Shown: one piece after another, positions 17,869 through 27,156 of the stretch
Numbering within the stretch: position 1 is the stretch's first letter
Layout of the letters: every line of letters starts with the position of its first letter
IMG/VR virus record: IMGVR_UViG_2935269657_000002
Span: 6,046-70,045 of that record
Strand: one strand, 5' to 3'
From: a virus
Lineage: Duplodnaviria; Caudoviricetes
DNA: 64,000 nucleotides
Position numbers and translations under genes: made by a program
The notes under the pieces: generated by a model
The model's input: only the letters and a program-made list of their open reading frames with translations
The model's database searches: none
Told to the model about the DNA's origin: nothing

Positions 17869-19347
17869 TCAGCGTGCCCCGTACTGCCAGGTGCTGCCGG
17901 TGCCCCGGTACTCGGAGACGGGAATCGGCTCGACACCTTCCCGCATCCGTGACCGGTACAACTGACCGTGCAGGTGGTCGACCTCGTGGGCGACGAGCCG
18001 GGCAAGGCCACGCTCGAAGATCGTGATCCGTTCGGTGCCGTCGATGTCCTGATGCTCGACAGAGATGGCGAGCGGGCGGGGCACCTTCCCGCGCACGTCG
18101 AAGAAGCTCAGGCAGCCCTCGTATTGCTCGTCGGCGTCGGGGGACTCCTCAACGATCCGCGGGTTGAACAGGGTGATCGACTCGCCCTCCGGTGTGCGGA
18201 CGATCGCGGCGGCCCGGTCGATGCCGATCTGTGGCGCCGCCATGCCCATGCCCTTGCCGAACACGTGGACTGTGGCTGCTCGTTCGCAGGCGGAGATGAG
18301 TTCGGCGACTACTCTGCGCGCGTCCTCGGCCTCGGCTGGCAGGTCGAAGGTGCGGGCCGTCTTGGAGAGGATTGGGTCGCCCTCCTGGACGACTCCGACG
18401 GCGCGCATCCTCTCGCTCGCAGTCGCTTCGGTCACGGTCTCCACCTGTCGGGACTCCTCAAGGTCGGGGCGCTGACGGAACTTCCATTCGAGCCTGTACC
18501 TGGCGTGCAGCGGCGGGTTGTCCGTCGACCATGAGTAGATCCGCCGGCCGTCTTCCTCAGTGCGCCGTATCGGCGTGCGCAAGGGGAGAGCTTCAGCGGT
18601 CATGGTCGTTTCGGTACCCCATACCGTGGGGGCGATCTCGGCGGGGAAGTCCAGGCGGACGCTCATGCGCTGCGTCGGGAGGCGCACCGCCCGTTGGAAC
18701 CAAGATCCCCACTTTTGATCGCTAACGGTATAGCTGTACTCAAGCCAGGATGATTCGCCAGGATAGAGCGGAGACTGGTCGAAGAGCAGCCAGAGTTCCT
18801 TGAACGCATCCCGGTCGTGCTTCACCCGCCACGTCAACGGTTCGCCGTCGACTGACGCACTGAGACCGATCTCCTCCCACGTCAGCGGGTTGTCTCGGTA
18901 GTGCCGGTTGGAGCGCTCGGGGTCGCCCGGGTAGCGGTCCACGGAGATGCGGATCAGGTAGCGGGTCACTGGGTCGGGCGAGTCGTTGTAGAGCCGACGC
19001 CGCTGAGTCGCCCGGTAGACGTGCCCGTCGTAATGGAGCGTCGTGTCCTCATGCTCGACGATCAGATTCGTCGTGTGCGACTCCTCGCCGTTCGGCGCGG
19101 GATGCGGGGCCACCGGGCGGCCGTGCTTCACGATGTCGCGGAACGCGCGCCGGATCGCCCCGCCGGCCTGCAGGACGTCGTCTGCCAAGGCGGCGAACTC
19201 CTCGGACGCGGGCAGCTGACCGCCCTCGACCTTCGACACATACGACGGCGTGTACCCGACCTCGCGAGCCAGCTTGGACTGGCTCTTGCCGCGGATGTCG
19301 CGCCAGTGCTTCAGCTCGGCGATGAACGCTTCGGCTGCCGCCTGCAT
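17869..19347 (-). CDS. XRE-HTH / beta-rich domain / peptide deformylase fusion
   Basis: N-terminal SQSKLAREVGYTPSYVSKVEGG; PDF motifs GMGMAAPQ, EGCLS, HEVDHL. Confidence 0.9.
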   Translation of the reverse strand: MQAAAEAFIAELKHWRDIRGKSQSKLAREVGYTPSYVSKVEGGQLPASEEFAALADDVLQAGGAIRRAFRDIVKHGRPVAPHPAPNGEESHTTNLIVEHEDTTLHYDGHVYRATQRRRLYNDSPDPVTRYLIRISVDRYPGDPERSNRHYRDNPLTWEEIGLSASVDGEPLTWRVKHDRDAFKELWLLFDQSPLYPGESSWLEYSYTVSDQKWGSWFQRAVRLPTQRMSVRLDFPAEIAPTVWGTETTMTAEALPLRTPIRRTEEDGRRIYSWSTDNPPLHARYRLEWKFRQRPDLEESRQVETVTEATASERMRAVGVVQEGDPILSKTARTFDLPAEAEDARRVVAELISACERAATVHVFGKGMGMAAPQIGIDRAAAIVRTPEGESITLFNPRIVEESPDADEQYEGCLSFFDVRGKVPRPLAISVEHQDIDGTERITIFERGLARLVAHEVDHLHGQLYRSRMREGVEPIPVSEYRGTGSTWQYGAR

Positions 19348-19466
19348 CGCTCCCCCTGTGCCTATGAGTGAGTTGTGAGTGATCGACTCTCAGGCTGCCG
19401 TCACAGCGTCACTGGCGAGTTTCCTGGCAGCTGACCAGGGAGGCTCAACGTGGCACTGGAACCGGA

Positions 19467-19724
19467 TCAGGAGGGCGATTCGCTCTCCGTGAGGCGCTCG
19501 CGATCGATCTTGTTTGCGATCTTCCGAGCCCACTCTCGGCTGTACGGGGTGTGCTCGGCGATCACGGTGAGTGGAACCCCCGCACTGCGGGCATCCGCCA
19601 CGAGTTCGTCAAGGTGTTGCCGACTCGCCTCGTATGTGGCTGCAGCGCGGTCGAGCTTGCGCAGCCACGGCCTTCTGGCGCGCTCATCAAGGAGCTTGTC
19701 GGGCTTACCTGTCATGCCCTGCAT
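19467..19724 (-). CDS. Small HTH repressor divergent from the transfer operon (Kor-like role inferred)
   Basis: ARSAGVPLTVIAEHTPYSREWARKI. Confidence 0.7.
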   Translation of the reverse strand: MQGMTGKPDKLLDERARRPWLRKLDRAAATYEASRQHLDELVADARSAGVPLTVIAEHTPYSREWARKIANKIDRERLTESESPS

Positions 19725-19739
19725 CGTCTCATGAGGCTC

Positions 19740-19860
19740 TGCCAACTGAATAGGCGCGGCGCGACCAAACAATCACTGCCAACTATGTTGCACTCGGAGC
19801 CCGTACTGTGCACTATGGAGCTGCCAACAAAATGGGCAGCCCCGCCCGGTGCTACCAACA
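19740..19860 (+). promoter_or_regulatory. Promoter and operators of the transfer operon
   Basis: TTGCAC(19788)-17 bp-CACTAT(19811), overlapped by TGCCAAC-containing imperfect palindromes. Confidence 0.55.
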
Positions 19861-19906
19861 CCGAAACGGGGCCTAGGTGCGACCCCTGCGGAAGAGGGAG
19901 CGAACC

Positions 19907-20434
19907 ATGAGCACAACCGTACAGCCCGCCCTTGCGGCGGAACCAATCATCGACCGCCTGCCGCAGACCATCACTGACACCCCCGTCCCGTACACCGTGA
20001 CCGAGGCCGGCGCCTGCGCCATCGAGGGGCCCCTCAGCAGGGCTGGCTACCGTCTGGTCCCCGCTAGGGTCGGCAGGTCCGGCGAGCTGGTCACGGTGTA
20101 TGTCGAGTGCCCGACCGGCTGGTGCGTGGTCGACCACGCCGCTGAGCCGGTCGGGAGCGTCGAAGACATCAACCACCAGGGCGCGCCCGCGGTCCTGAAC
20201 CTGGCGTCGGACCAGGTCGTCAGCGCGCCGACCGAGGTCTACCTGTCGTGGTGGCCCGGCTCCCGCGATGCCGCCGCCCGCCCGTGCCTGGCCGTCGATG
20301 TCGACTGCGAGGTCGCTGTCTATGGCCGCACCGCAGCGCTCGCCCTGGTCGACCAGATCACTGCATTCGCCGCAGACGTCCGTCGGCTGGCTGAGTCCCT
20401 GCCCGACGACTCCACGACCGAGGCGGTGCAGTGA
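19907..20434 (+). CDS. DUF6907-like protein
   Basis: CPTGWCVVDH...EDINH motif. Confidence 0.65.
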   Translation: MSTTVQPALAAEPIIDRLPQTITDTPVPYTVTEAGACAIEGPLSRAGYRLVPARVGRSGELVTVYVECPTGWCVVDHAAEPVGSVEDINHQGAPAVLNLASDQVVSAPTEVYLSWWPGSRDAAARPCLAVDVDCEVAVYGRTAALALVDQITAFAADVRRLAESLPDDSTTEAVQ

Positions 20435-20655
20435 TGACCGCCCCCGTCATGTCCGCCGCCGACGTCGCCGCGCACGAGGCGGGCTCCTACGTCCGCCGCC
20501 GGCCCCGTATGCCGCTGGATGTCTCGGACGAGTTCCTGCGTGCTCTGCACCGCGAGGACACGTGGGATGTGCCGGCCGCCGAGCGTCGTACCTGCCCCGA
20601 TCATCTGGACTGGCGTGACCGGTGCCAGCGGCTGCATGAGGCGGTGGCGTCGTGA
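20431..20655 (+). CDS. Hypothetical protein
   Basis: Coupled ORF. Confidence 0.65.
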   Translation: MMTAPVMSAADVAAHEAGSYVRRRPRMPLDVSDEFLRALHREDTWDVPAAERRTCPDHLDWRDRCQRLHEAVAS

Positions 20656-20912
20656 CGACGAAGCCGCGGTTCTCCAGCGAGTTGCAGGCCGGTATCGCTA
20701 TCGGTCGGCTGATGGGCCGGATCGACCCGGCTCCGGAGGCTGCCCCGTTCATGCGGTTCCTGTTTGAGACTCCGGCCGGCGAGTGGGCCTTTCACGGCCA
20801 CGTTTCCGAGGCTGGCGCCGTCCTGATCGCCGCCCTGCTGGAGGCGGAGGAGGACCGGCAGGTCCGTCGCCCGCCGCGTCTGGCCGTTGTTCGGCCGCTC
20901 CGCCCGGCCTAA
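20652..20912 (+). CDS. Hypothetical protein
   Basis: Coupled ORF. Confidence 0.65.
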   Translation: MTTKPRFSSELQAGIAIGRLMGRIDPAPEAAPFMRFLFETPAGEWAFHGHVSEAGAVLIAALLEAEEDRQVRRPPRLAVVRPLRPA

Positions 20913-21002
20913 CCCCCCTAGTCCGCCGCGGGTGGCGGATGTTTCGGCCCCTCCCGATCCTGCCGCCCGCGGCTCCACTTCTTGATCCTCGAAGGGATCG
21001 TC

Positions 21003-21242
21003 ATGTCTCCGTTCCTGTTCGACGCCGATTTGGGTGTCACCGGGCTGGGTCTGAGGGCCCGCTCGTCGGCCACGGTCGCCGATGTGTCCGACGCCTACGC
21101 GGCGCAGCTGATCGGCGAGTACCGCGATGCGGTCGCGGCCGGCCGTCTCGACGTGATGCAGCTGATCCGGGATCACGCGGCAGCGATCGACCCGCTGCTG
21201 CTGGACGAGCTCGACGGCTTCGACTACCCGGCGGCGGCGTGA
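21003..21242 (+). CDS. Hypothetical protein
   Basis: AAGGGA RBS. Confidence 0.65.
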   Translation: MSPFLFDADLGVTGLGLRARSSATVADVSDAYAAQLIGEYRDAVAAGRLDVMQLIRDHAAAIDPLLLDELDGFDYPAAA

Positions 21243-21382
21243 TGTTCGGCCGTCGTACCCCGGAGCAGTTGGCTGCCGCGGACCATGTGCGCCGTGCGAA
21301 GCGGCGCGGGAAGGACGCGGCCGACCTGGCCAGGCGCCTGAAAGCCGAGACGGACGCTGCGGCGAAGCGCCCCACCCCCTGA
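21242..21382 (+). CDS. Small basic protein
   Basis: TGATG coupling. Confidence 0.55.
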   Translation: MFGRRTPEQLAAADHVRRAKRRGKDAADLARRLKAETDAAAKRPTP

Positions 21383-21532
21383 TCGCCGCGCCGGCGGGGA
21401 TTCCGTTCCCCCACGGCCTCCGCCGGCGCGGCTCCCCAGCCCTTGCCCGGCCTCCACGGGCGTATGCCGCAAGTGCAGGCAAGGGCGCGACCGCCGACCG
21501 GCGGTTCATCAAATCCTTGGAAGGAGCACGTT

Positions 21533-21706
21533 ATGGGTTTTCGTCGCAGCCTGTCGGACTCGGACCTGGCGCAGAGCATGGAACTGGAATCGGAGATCGC
21601 CCAGGACGCTCACGCGAACGGCAACCGGGCGCGTGAGGAGGCGGCGCACGACAGCCTCAACGAGTACCTGGACGAGGCCGAACGCCGCGGCTGGACGAAG
21701 AAGTAA
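21533..21706 (+). CDS. Small acidic protein
   Basis: AAGGAG RBS. Confidence 0.65.
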   Translation: MGFRRSLSDSDLAQSMELESEIAQDAHANGNRAREEAAHDSLNEYLDEAERRGWTKK

Positions 21707-22158
21707 TGGCCGGGGCGATCGTCGCCGCCGTCGCCGCGCTGGCGGGTGTGCTGTTGCAGGCGCTGATCGGCGGCCGGCGGGCGCGTGCGGAGCGGCGCCG
21801 GGCCGAGTTCGTCGACACGGTCCGCGGCGTGCTGGCGGCGTATGTCGAGTTCCGCAGCGAGCAGTACCTGAAGATCGCCGCCCGGCGTGAGGGGCACGGC
21901 GACAGTGACGAGTCGCGCCGGGCCCGCTATGCGGCTCGCAGTGCGCTCACCGCGGCGATCGATGCCCTGTACACGGCCACCGACGACCAGCAGCTGCTGG
22001 CGGCAGCCGAGGAGGCCCGCGAACTGGCGGTGGCCCTCGGCGATGCCGCCCCGGCCCCGGGCCAGGTCGACGAGGCGGCGGTCGAGGAGATCGGGCAGCG
22101 CGCCCGCGAATCTCACTCCGACCTGCGTCAGGCCGCGCACAAGGCCCTGCACCACTGA
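21706..22158 (+). CDS. kilB: KilB-like protein (pIJ101 type)
   Basis: N-terminal TM helix followed by a charged helical region (ARYAARSALTAA); about 150 aa, similar in size to KilB. Confidence 0.65.
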   Translation: MAGAIVAAVAALAGVLLQALIGGRRARAERRRAEFVDTVRGVLAAYVEFRSEQYLKIAARREGHGDSDESRRARYAARSALTAAIDALYTATDDQQLLAAAEEARELAVALGDAAPAPGQVDEAAVEEIGQRARESHSDLRQAAHKALHH

Positions 22159-22252
22159 ACGTTCAGCCCCGGTGACCTGCCGCGAGGGCGCCCGATCGAC
22201 TCGGGCCCGGGGCACGCACCACAACCATTCACCGATCCGAGAGGAGCCCGTG

Positions 22253-22432
22253 ATGGGCCTGTTCAACCGCACCGACAAGCAGTGCGCGCAGGAACTGGTG
22301 GCCGCGGCGATGGTCACGAAGGACGCGGACGAGACCGCCCGGGTGATCCGGCAGAAGGGGCTGACGCAGGAGGAGATGGCCCGGGGCGCCGCGTACATCC
22401 GTTCCGGCAAGCGGGTCACCGGCCGCGGCTGA
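22253..22432 (+). CDS. Small hypothetical protein
   Basis: GAGGAG RBS. Confidence 0.65.
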   Translation: MGLFNRTDKQCAQELVAAAMVTKDADETARVIRQKGLTQEEMARGAAYIRSGKRVTGRG

Positions 22433-22456
22433 CTCACCCACCGAAAGGAGCCCGCC

Positions 22457-22570
22457 ATGGACAAGTACACGACCGACACCGGCAGCGAGGTCGAGGTGGA
22501 AGACGACGGCGACTTCACCATCACCTTCCCGATGACGGCGCCCGCGCCGGACGGCAGTGACGAGGACTGA
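22457..22570 (+). CDS. Small acidic peptide
   Basis: AAGGAG RBS. Confidence 0.55.
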   Translation: MDKYTTDTGSEVEVEDDGDFTITFPMTAPAPDGSDED

Positions 22571-22574
22571 CCCG

Positions 22575-22715
22575 GTGCCTGGCAAGCAGTGCGCGCAGTG
22601 CGAGGCGCACGCGGTCCTCCATAGCGGAAACCCCGGGTTCGGCCCCAAGAACGAACCCTGCCCGCCGTGCGAAGACCACGCGGCCAACGGATGCCCCGGC
22701 ATCAACCGCAAGTAA
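22575..22715 (+). CDS. Small Cys/His protein (pRL2-8-like)
   Basis: CAQCEAH...CPPCEDH..NG. Confidence 0.55.
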   Translation: MPGKQCAQCEAHAVLHSGNPGFGPKNEPCPPCEDHAANGCPGINRK

Positions 22716-22747
22716 CCACCAGCCCAACACCCAGAGAGGGGCCCGCT

Positions 22748-22882
22748 GTGGCCTGGAAGGAATGGCACTGCGACGGCTGCAAGACGCACTACCTGCTGCA
22801 CAAGGGCGGCAAGAACCTGCCCTGCAGCTGGTGTGAGGCCCACGCCGAAGACACGTTCTTGATCTTCTTCGACAAGAGCTGA
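22748..22882 (+). CDS. Small zinc-ribbon peptide
   Basis: CDGC...CSWC. Confidence 0.55.
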   Translation: MAWKEWHCDGCKTHYLLHKGGKNLPCSWCEAHAEDTFLIFFDKS

Positions 22883-22924
22883 CCCACCCGCCGAACCTCA
22901 ACCCCCATCCGAGAGGAGGCCGCC

Positions 22925-23137
22925 ATGCGGCCCCGATCCTGGCTGCTGCTGGCGGCCTTCCTGTTCCTGACCGGTATCTGCCCGCCGATCGCGTCGCTGC
23001 TCGGCGGCACGGTCGGCCTGGCGGTGGCCGGGGCCGTGGAGCTCCTGTCGCAGCCACCGCTGCTGGGCCTCGCCCTCGTAGTGCTGGCCGTCACCGCCTA
23101 CCGCCGCCGTCCGGTCGTCCCCCCGGGGAGGGCCTGA
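22925..23137 (+). CDS. Small membrane protein (Spd-like)
   Basis: Almost entirely hydrophobic; GAGGAGG RBS. Confidence 0.65.
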   Translation: MRPRSWLLLAAFLFLTGICPPIASLLGGTVGLAVAGAVELLSQPPLLGLALVVLAVTAYRRRPVVPPGRA

Positions 23138-23340
23138 TGCCGGTCACGTTCCGCAAGAGCTACCGGATCTTCCCCGGCGTCCGGCTCAACATCAACCGGC
23201 GCTCGTGGTCGGTCACATTCGGCGGCGGCAAAGGCCCACGCCACACGATCTCGTCGACCGGACGCCGCACCACCTCCATAGACCTGCCCGGCCCCTTCGG
23301 CTGGCGATCCACCCGCACCCGACGCAACCGAGAGGACTGA
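23137..23340 (+). CDS. DUF4236-like protein
   Basis: FRKSYRIFPGVRLNINRRS.SVTFG. Confidence 0.8.
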   Translation: MPVTFRKSYRIFPGVRLNINRRSWSVTFGGGKGPRHTISSTGRRTTSIDLPGPFGWRSTRTRRNRED

Positions 23341-23345
23341 TCACC

Positions 23346-23567
23346 GTGAGTCGCTACCTCGAAGAGGCCGCCGCCCTGCTGCGCAAGTCGGCCGAATCTA
23401 ACGAGAAGCAGAACAACGCAAAGGACTACCGCATCGACTCTCTTATGGAGGGCCGAGAGCGGATCGCCCGGCAGTTCGCCACGCTCGCCGCCATCGACAA
23501 GGGCCTGCTGCCCGCCGACATCACGGCGGACGTAGTACGCGCCCTGACGGAAAGGGCGGAGGCCTGA
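23346..23567 (+). CDS. Hypothetical protein
   Basis: RBS and GTG start. Confidence 0.6.
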   Translation: MSRYLEEAAALLRKSAESNEKQNNAKDYRIDSLMEGRERIARQFATLAAIDKGLLPADITADVVRALTERAEA

Positions 23568-23568
23568 C

Positions 23569-23763
23569 ATGCGTGCCCTCGACCTCGCCGCGATACCGCC
23601 TGCCGGTGCCGCTACCTACGGCACGATCGTCGCCCTGCAGTCGGCCGGGATGTCGGAGCGGCCCGCGCACGCCCTCGGCGCCGTCGCGATCATCCTCTAC
23701 CTCGCGCTGCTGACCACGCTCATCGACCACATCACCGCAGCCCGCACCGCCGTGCGCGACTGA
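23569..23763 (+). CDS. Small two-TM membrane protein
   Basis: Hydrophobic segments. Confidence 0.6.
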   Translation: MRALDLAAIPPAGAATYGTIVALQSAGMSERPAHALGAVAIILYLALLTTLIDHITAARTAVRD

Positions 23764-23786
23764 ACCCCTGAAAGGACTGATCCACC

Positions 23787-25088
23787 GTGGCAACCTCCGT
23801 CGACAAGAAGGTCAACGGCCACCACGCCGTGGCCTCGCCCGAGCCCCGGTTCGACCCGGTCGCCCTGGCCGAGGCGGAGGCCATCCGGACACGCGCCGCC
23901 GCCGAAGCCGAAGCCCTGCGCATCAAGGCTGAGGGTGAGGCCGACGCCGCCCGCACTCTCGCGGCCGAGCAGGCCGAGAAGGACCGCCTGGCCAACGAGC
24001 GCACCAAGATCACACTGGAGCGCAAGAAGGCCGACCACGACGCCTACATCGCCAAGAAGGCAGCCGAAGCCGCCAAGTCGCTCGCCGACAAGGAGAAGGC
24101 GGAGAAGGCCGAGGCGGAGAAGGCCGAGCGGCAGGCACGGCGGGCCGCCGAACAGCAGCGCAGCGAACGCATCTGGAAGTGGGGCGCCCGCGGCATCTAC
24201 GCCGTCGGCCTGCTCATCGCCGCACCCGTGCAGTTCATCCACTTCTGGGACCGCGAGCGCCCGTTCCTCGTCGCCGCCCCCGCCCTCCTCGAAGGGTTCG
24301 CGCTGGCACTGGCCTTCGGCGCCGCATGGGCGGTCGCGCACCGCCGCGACGTCGCCCCCTACCGGATCGGCATCATGCTCGGCGCCCTGATCGCCGCCGG
24401 CGTCAACCTGTACGGCGGCCTGGTCGACGAACGCATCGGCCTCAACGCCGGGCTCATCGGGGCGATCGCCTCGCTCGGCGGGCCGATCGTGCTCATGGCC
24501 TACGAGCACGGCCTCGCACAGAAAGCCGACGGCATCCCGTCCTGGCGCGAGCGACGTGCCGCCGACCGGGAGCAGGCGGCCCTGGCGAAGGAGCGGGAGC
24601 GGGCGCGTGCGGAGAAGGCCGCCGCGGACAAGAAGGCTGCCCTCGACAAGGACGCCGAACGGCAGCGCGCGATCGCCGAGCAGAACCGCCGCGACGCCGA
24701 CCGGCGCGACCGCCACCGAGACGTGTGGGAGGTCGCCGACGCGATGCGCTCCGCACGCGGCTCGGCCACCGTCACCGAGCAGATCTGGGCGGAAGCCTGG
24801 TACCGCGTCACCGGCTGCAAGCACGTCGGCATCACCCCGGAAATCGAAGCCCGCGCCCGCGCCGCCGAAGCCCGCATGAAGACCGCCACCGAAGCACCCG
24901 TTCTTGGATCTATGTCGCTGGTTGATTCCCAAATCAAACCTCGCCGGAAGAAGGACCCGGAGACCCCCGACGGGCGCCGCAACAACGGCGGTACACCCCC
25001 TGTCCGCCGGCCCGGAGATACCCCGCCGTACAGCCAGCTCGCCCGCCGTCAGATCGGCATCCAGCGCAGCACCGAGAAGAAGGACTGA
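23787..25088 (+). CDS. SpdB2/DUF2637-like membrane protein
   Basis: Coiled coil, four TM helices, second coiled coil; directly upstream of traB. Confidence 0.7.
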   Translation: MATSVDKKVNGHHAVASPEPRFDPVALAEAEAIRTRAAAEAEALRIKAEGEADAARTLAAEQAEKDRLANERTKITLERKKADHDAYIAKKAAEAAKSLADKEKAEKAEAEKAERQARRAAEQQRSERIWKWGARGIYAVGLLIAAPVQFIHFWDRERPFLVAAPALLEGFALALAFGAAWAVAHRRDVAPYRIGIMLGALIAAGVNLYGGLVDERIGLNAGLIGAIASLGGPIVLMAYEHGLAQKADGIPSWRERRAADREQAALAKERERARAEKAAADKKAALDKDAERQRAIAEQNRRDADRRDRHRDVWEVADAMRSARGSATVTEQIWAEAWYRVTGCKHVGITPEIEARARAAEARMKTATEAPVLGSMSLVDSQIKPRRKKDPETPDGRRNNGGTPPVRRPGDTPPYSQLARRQIGIQRSTEKKD

Positions 25089-25096
25089 GAACCGTC

Positions 25097-27145
25097 ATGG
25101 CCACCCCGACGTCCGCCCGCCAGAACCCTGCGGGCCCCGCCCCCACAGTCCCGCCGCAGCCGGCCGGGCAGCCTGTCGACAAGCGGCCCGCGACCCCGCC
25201 GCACCACCTGCCCGCATGGGTCCACTCGAAGACGGCCAACGCCCGACGCATGGCCCGCACCGTCGGCACACATCCCGCCGTGGTGTGGATCGGCTGGTCG
25301 GCGCGCGGCTGGTGGCACATCGCCCGCATCGAGCACGACAAGATGGTCGGCGACTATCCGCAGATGATCCGTACCGCCCGTGCTCACATGGCCGCCGCCA
25401 AGGGGGACATGGCCAAGGAGGCGCAGGCCGAGGCCAACGCCAACCGGCGCACCCAGCAGCTGCAGGAGCGCCGCCGCCGCTACGCCCTGACCCGCGGTCT
25501 CATGGCGGCCCCTGCCGCGGGCGGCGCCGTATACGGGCTCGTCGAGGGCGGAGTGTGGATGTCGGCGCTCTACGCGGTGGCCGCGGTCACGGTGGGCGTA
25601 TGGCGGGGCCGTCCGCGCGGGGTCGACCCCGGCAAGGTCGAGATCGCCGGCCAGGACGGCGACCCGTTCCCGATCGCCGACGCCCGCAACCGCACCGAGG
25701 CCGCCGAATGCGTGCGCCGCGCCCTGACCTCCGAAGGCATCGCGGTCGCCTCGGTGGAGGCGAACAAAAGGCACGCCTGGGGCTGGGAGATCACGGTCAG
25801 GCTCGCCAAGGGCAAGCCCGCCGACATCGTCACCAAGGCCCCCGACCTGGAGACCCCGCTCGACTTGCCGGAGAACGGGCTGCACTGCCAGCCCATGCGC
25901 GCCTCCCGCGGCCAGGTGGTGCTGCGGCTCGTCCAGTCGGACCCCTTCGAGCGGATCCCCGCGGCGCCGGAGCGGAAGCCCAATAGCCGCCGCCTGAAGG
26001 ACAAGCAGCTGGTCGCCTACCGGATGGACGGCCAGGAGTTCGAGCCGTCGCTGCTCGGCATCCACGTCATCGTGATCGCCGGGTCGGGCGGCGGGAAGTC
26101 CGTCATCCTGCGCACCCTCGCGGACACGCTGACCGCATGCGACGACGTGGTCGTCGGCGACCTGGATCCGGGCGGCAACGGGCTCGCCCCGCTCGCTGAG
26201 GCGATGGGGGTGCGGGCGATCGGCGACGACCAGATGGGGCAGATCGAGAAGATCCTCGAACAGGCCCTGAAGATCGGGAAGGCGCGGCCGAGGCTGTTCG
26301 CCAAGCACGGCATGAAGGAGAACTGGGAACCCTCCCCGGACCAGCCGGCGATCGTCCTGTTCATCGACGAGTACCCGCAGCTGTCCGACCGGGCCAAGGA
26401 ACTCGCCGTCAAGATCCTGCAGACAGGCCGCAAGTCCCGCGTGCAGCTCGTCCTCGCCGCACAGGAAGCGACCAAGGATGCGATCGGTGCGGCCATCGCC
26501 GACACCATCGCGCTGCGGATCGTCGGACCGTGCCGCCGCCAGGACGTCGTGCAGGTCTTCGGCGGGGGAGCGGGCGACCAGGGCTGGCGGCCCGACCGCC
26601 TCGACCCCGCGGAGGGCAACGCCGAGGGCGACGACCTGCGCGACGCCTCCCAGGCCTACATCCGCGGCTGCGGCTCGCGCGAGCCCCTCAAGTACAAGTT
26701 CGTCTTCCTCGACGACAAGGACGGACGCCGGCGCGGCAAGGAACGCGCGGCGGCAGGCCGGCCCGTGGTCGACCAGGAGTCGCTGATGATCGCGGGCCTG
26801 GACCGGTTCGGCGCGACCGAGGAAGACCGGCTCCGTGCCAATCTGCCGAGAATCGTGATGATGGTGCGCGGCGCGTTCGCCGCAGCCGACGACCCCGACT
26901 TCCTGTCCACCTCGGACCTGGTGACCTACCTGGGAGCGCACGACCCGCGCTCGTGGGGTGCCGAGCGGTTCGGTGACGACGAGTCCAAGGGGCACGCCGT
27001 GGCTGCCCGCCGCCTGGTCGCCGATTTGAAGGGGGCCGTCGAGGGCTTGGATCTCGACATCGACATGTCGACGGTTCAGGTCAGTGGGGTGCGCGGCTAC
27101 CGCATTGAAACGATCAAGCAGGTGACCGGAGAGAGCCCCCTCTGA
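25097..27145 (+). CDS. traB: FtsK/SpoIIIE-family conjugal DNA translocase (TraB-like)
   Basis: N-terminal TM pair, Walker A AGSGGGKS, Walker B VLFIDE, GRKSRVQLVLAAQ, C-terminal wHTH-like region (VRGYR). Confidence 0.85.
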   Translation: MATPTSARQNPAGPAPTVPPQPAGQPVDKRPATPPHHLPAWVHSKTANARRMARTVGTHPAVVWIGWSARGWWHIARIEHDKMVGDYPQMIRTARAHMAAAKGDMAKEAQAEANANRRTQQLQERRRRYALTRGLMAAPAAGGAVYGLVEGGVWMSALYAVAAVTVGVWRGRPRGVDPGKVEIAGQDGDPFPIADARNRTEAAECVRRALTSEGIAVASVEANKRHAWGWEITVRLAKGKPADIVTKAPDLETPLDLPENGLHCQPMRASRGQVVLRLVQSDPFERIPAAPERKPNSRRLKDKQLVAYRMDGQEFEPSLLGIHVIVIAGSGGGKSVILRTLADTLTACDDVVVGDLDPGGNGLAPLAEAMGVRAIGDDQMGQIEKILEQALKIGKARPRLFAKHGMKENWEPSPDQPAIVLFIDEYPQLSDRAKELAVKILQTGRKSRVQLVLAAQEATKDAIGAAIADTIALRIVGPCRRQDVVQVFGGGAGDQGWRPDRLDPAEGNAEGDDLRDASQAYIRGCGSREPLKYKFVFLDDKDGRRRGKERAAAGRPVVDQESLMIAGLDRFGATEEDRLRANLPRIVMMVRGAFAAADDPDFLSTSDLVTYLGAHDPRSWGAERFGDDESKGHAVAARRLVADLKGAVEGLDLDIDMSTVQVSGVRGYRIETIKQVTGESPL

Positions 27146-27156
27146 GGTGCTCGGAT

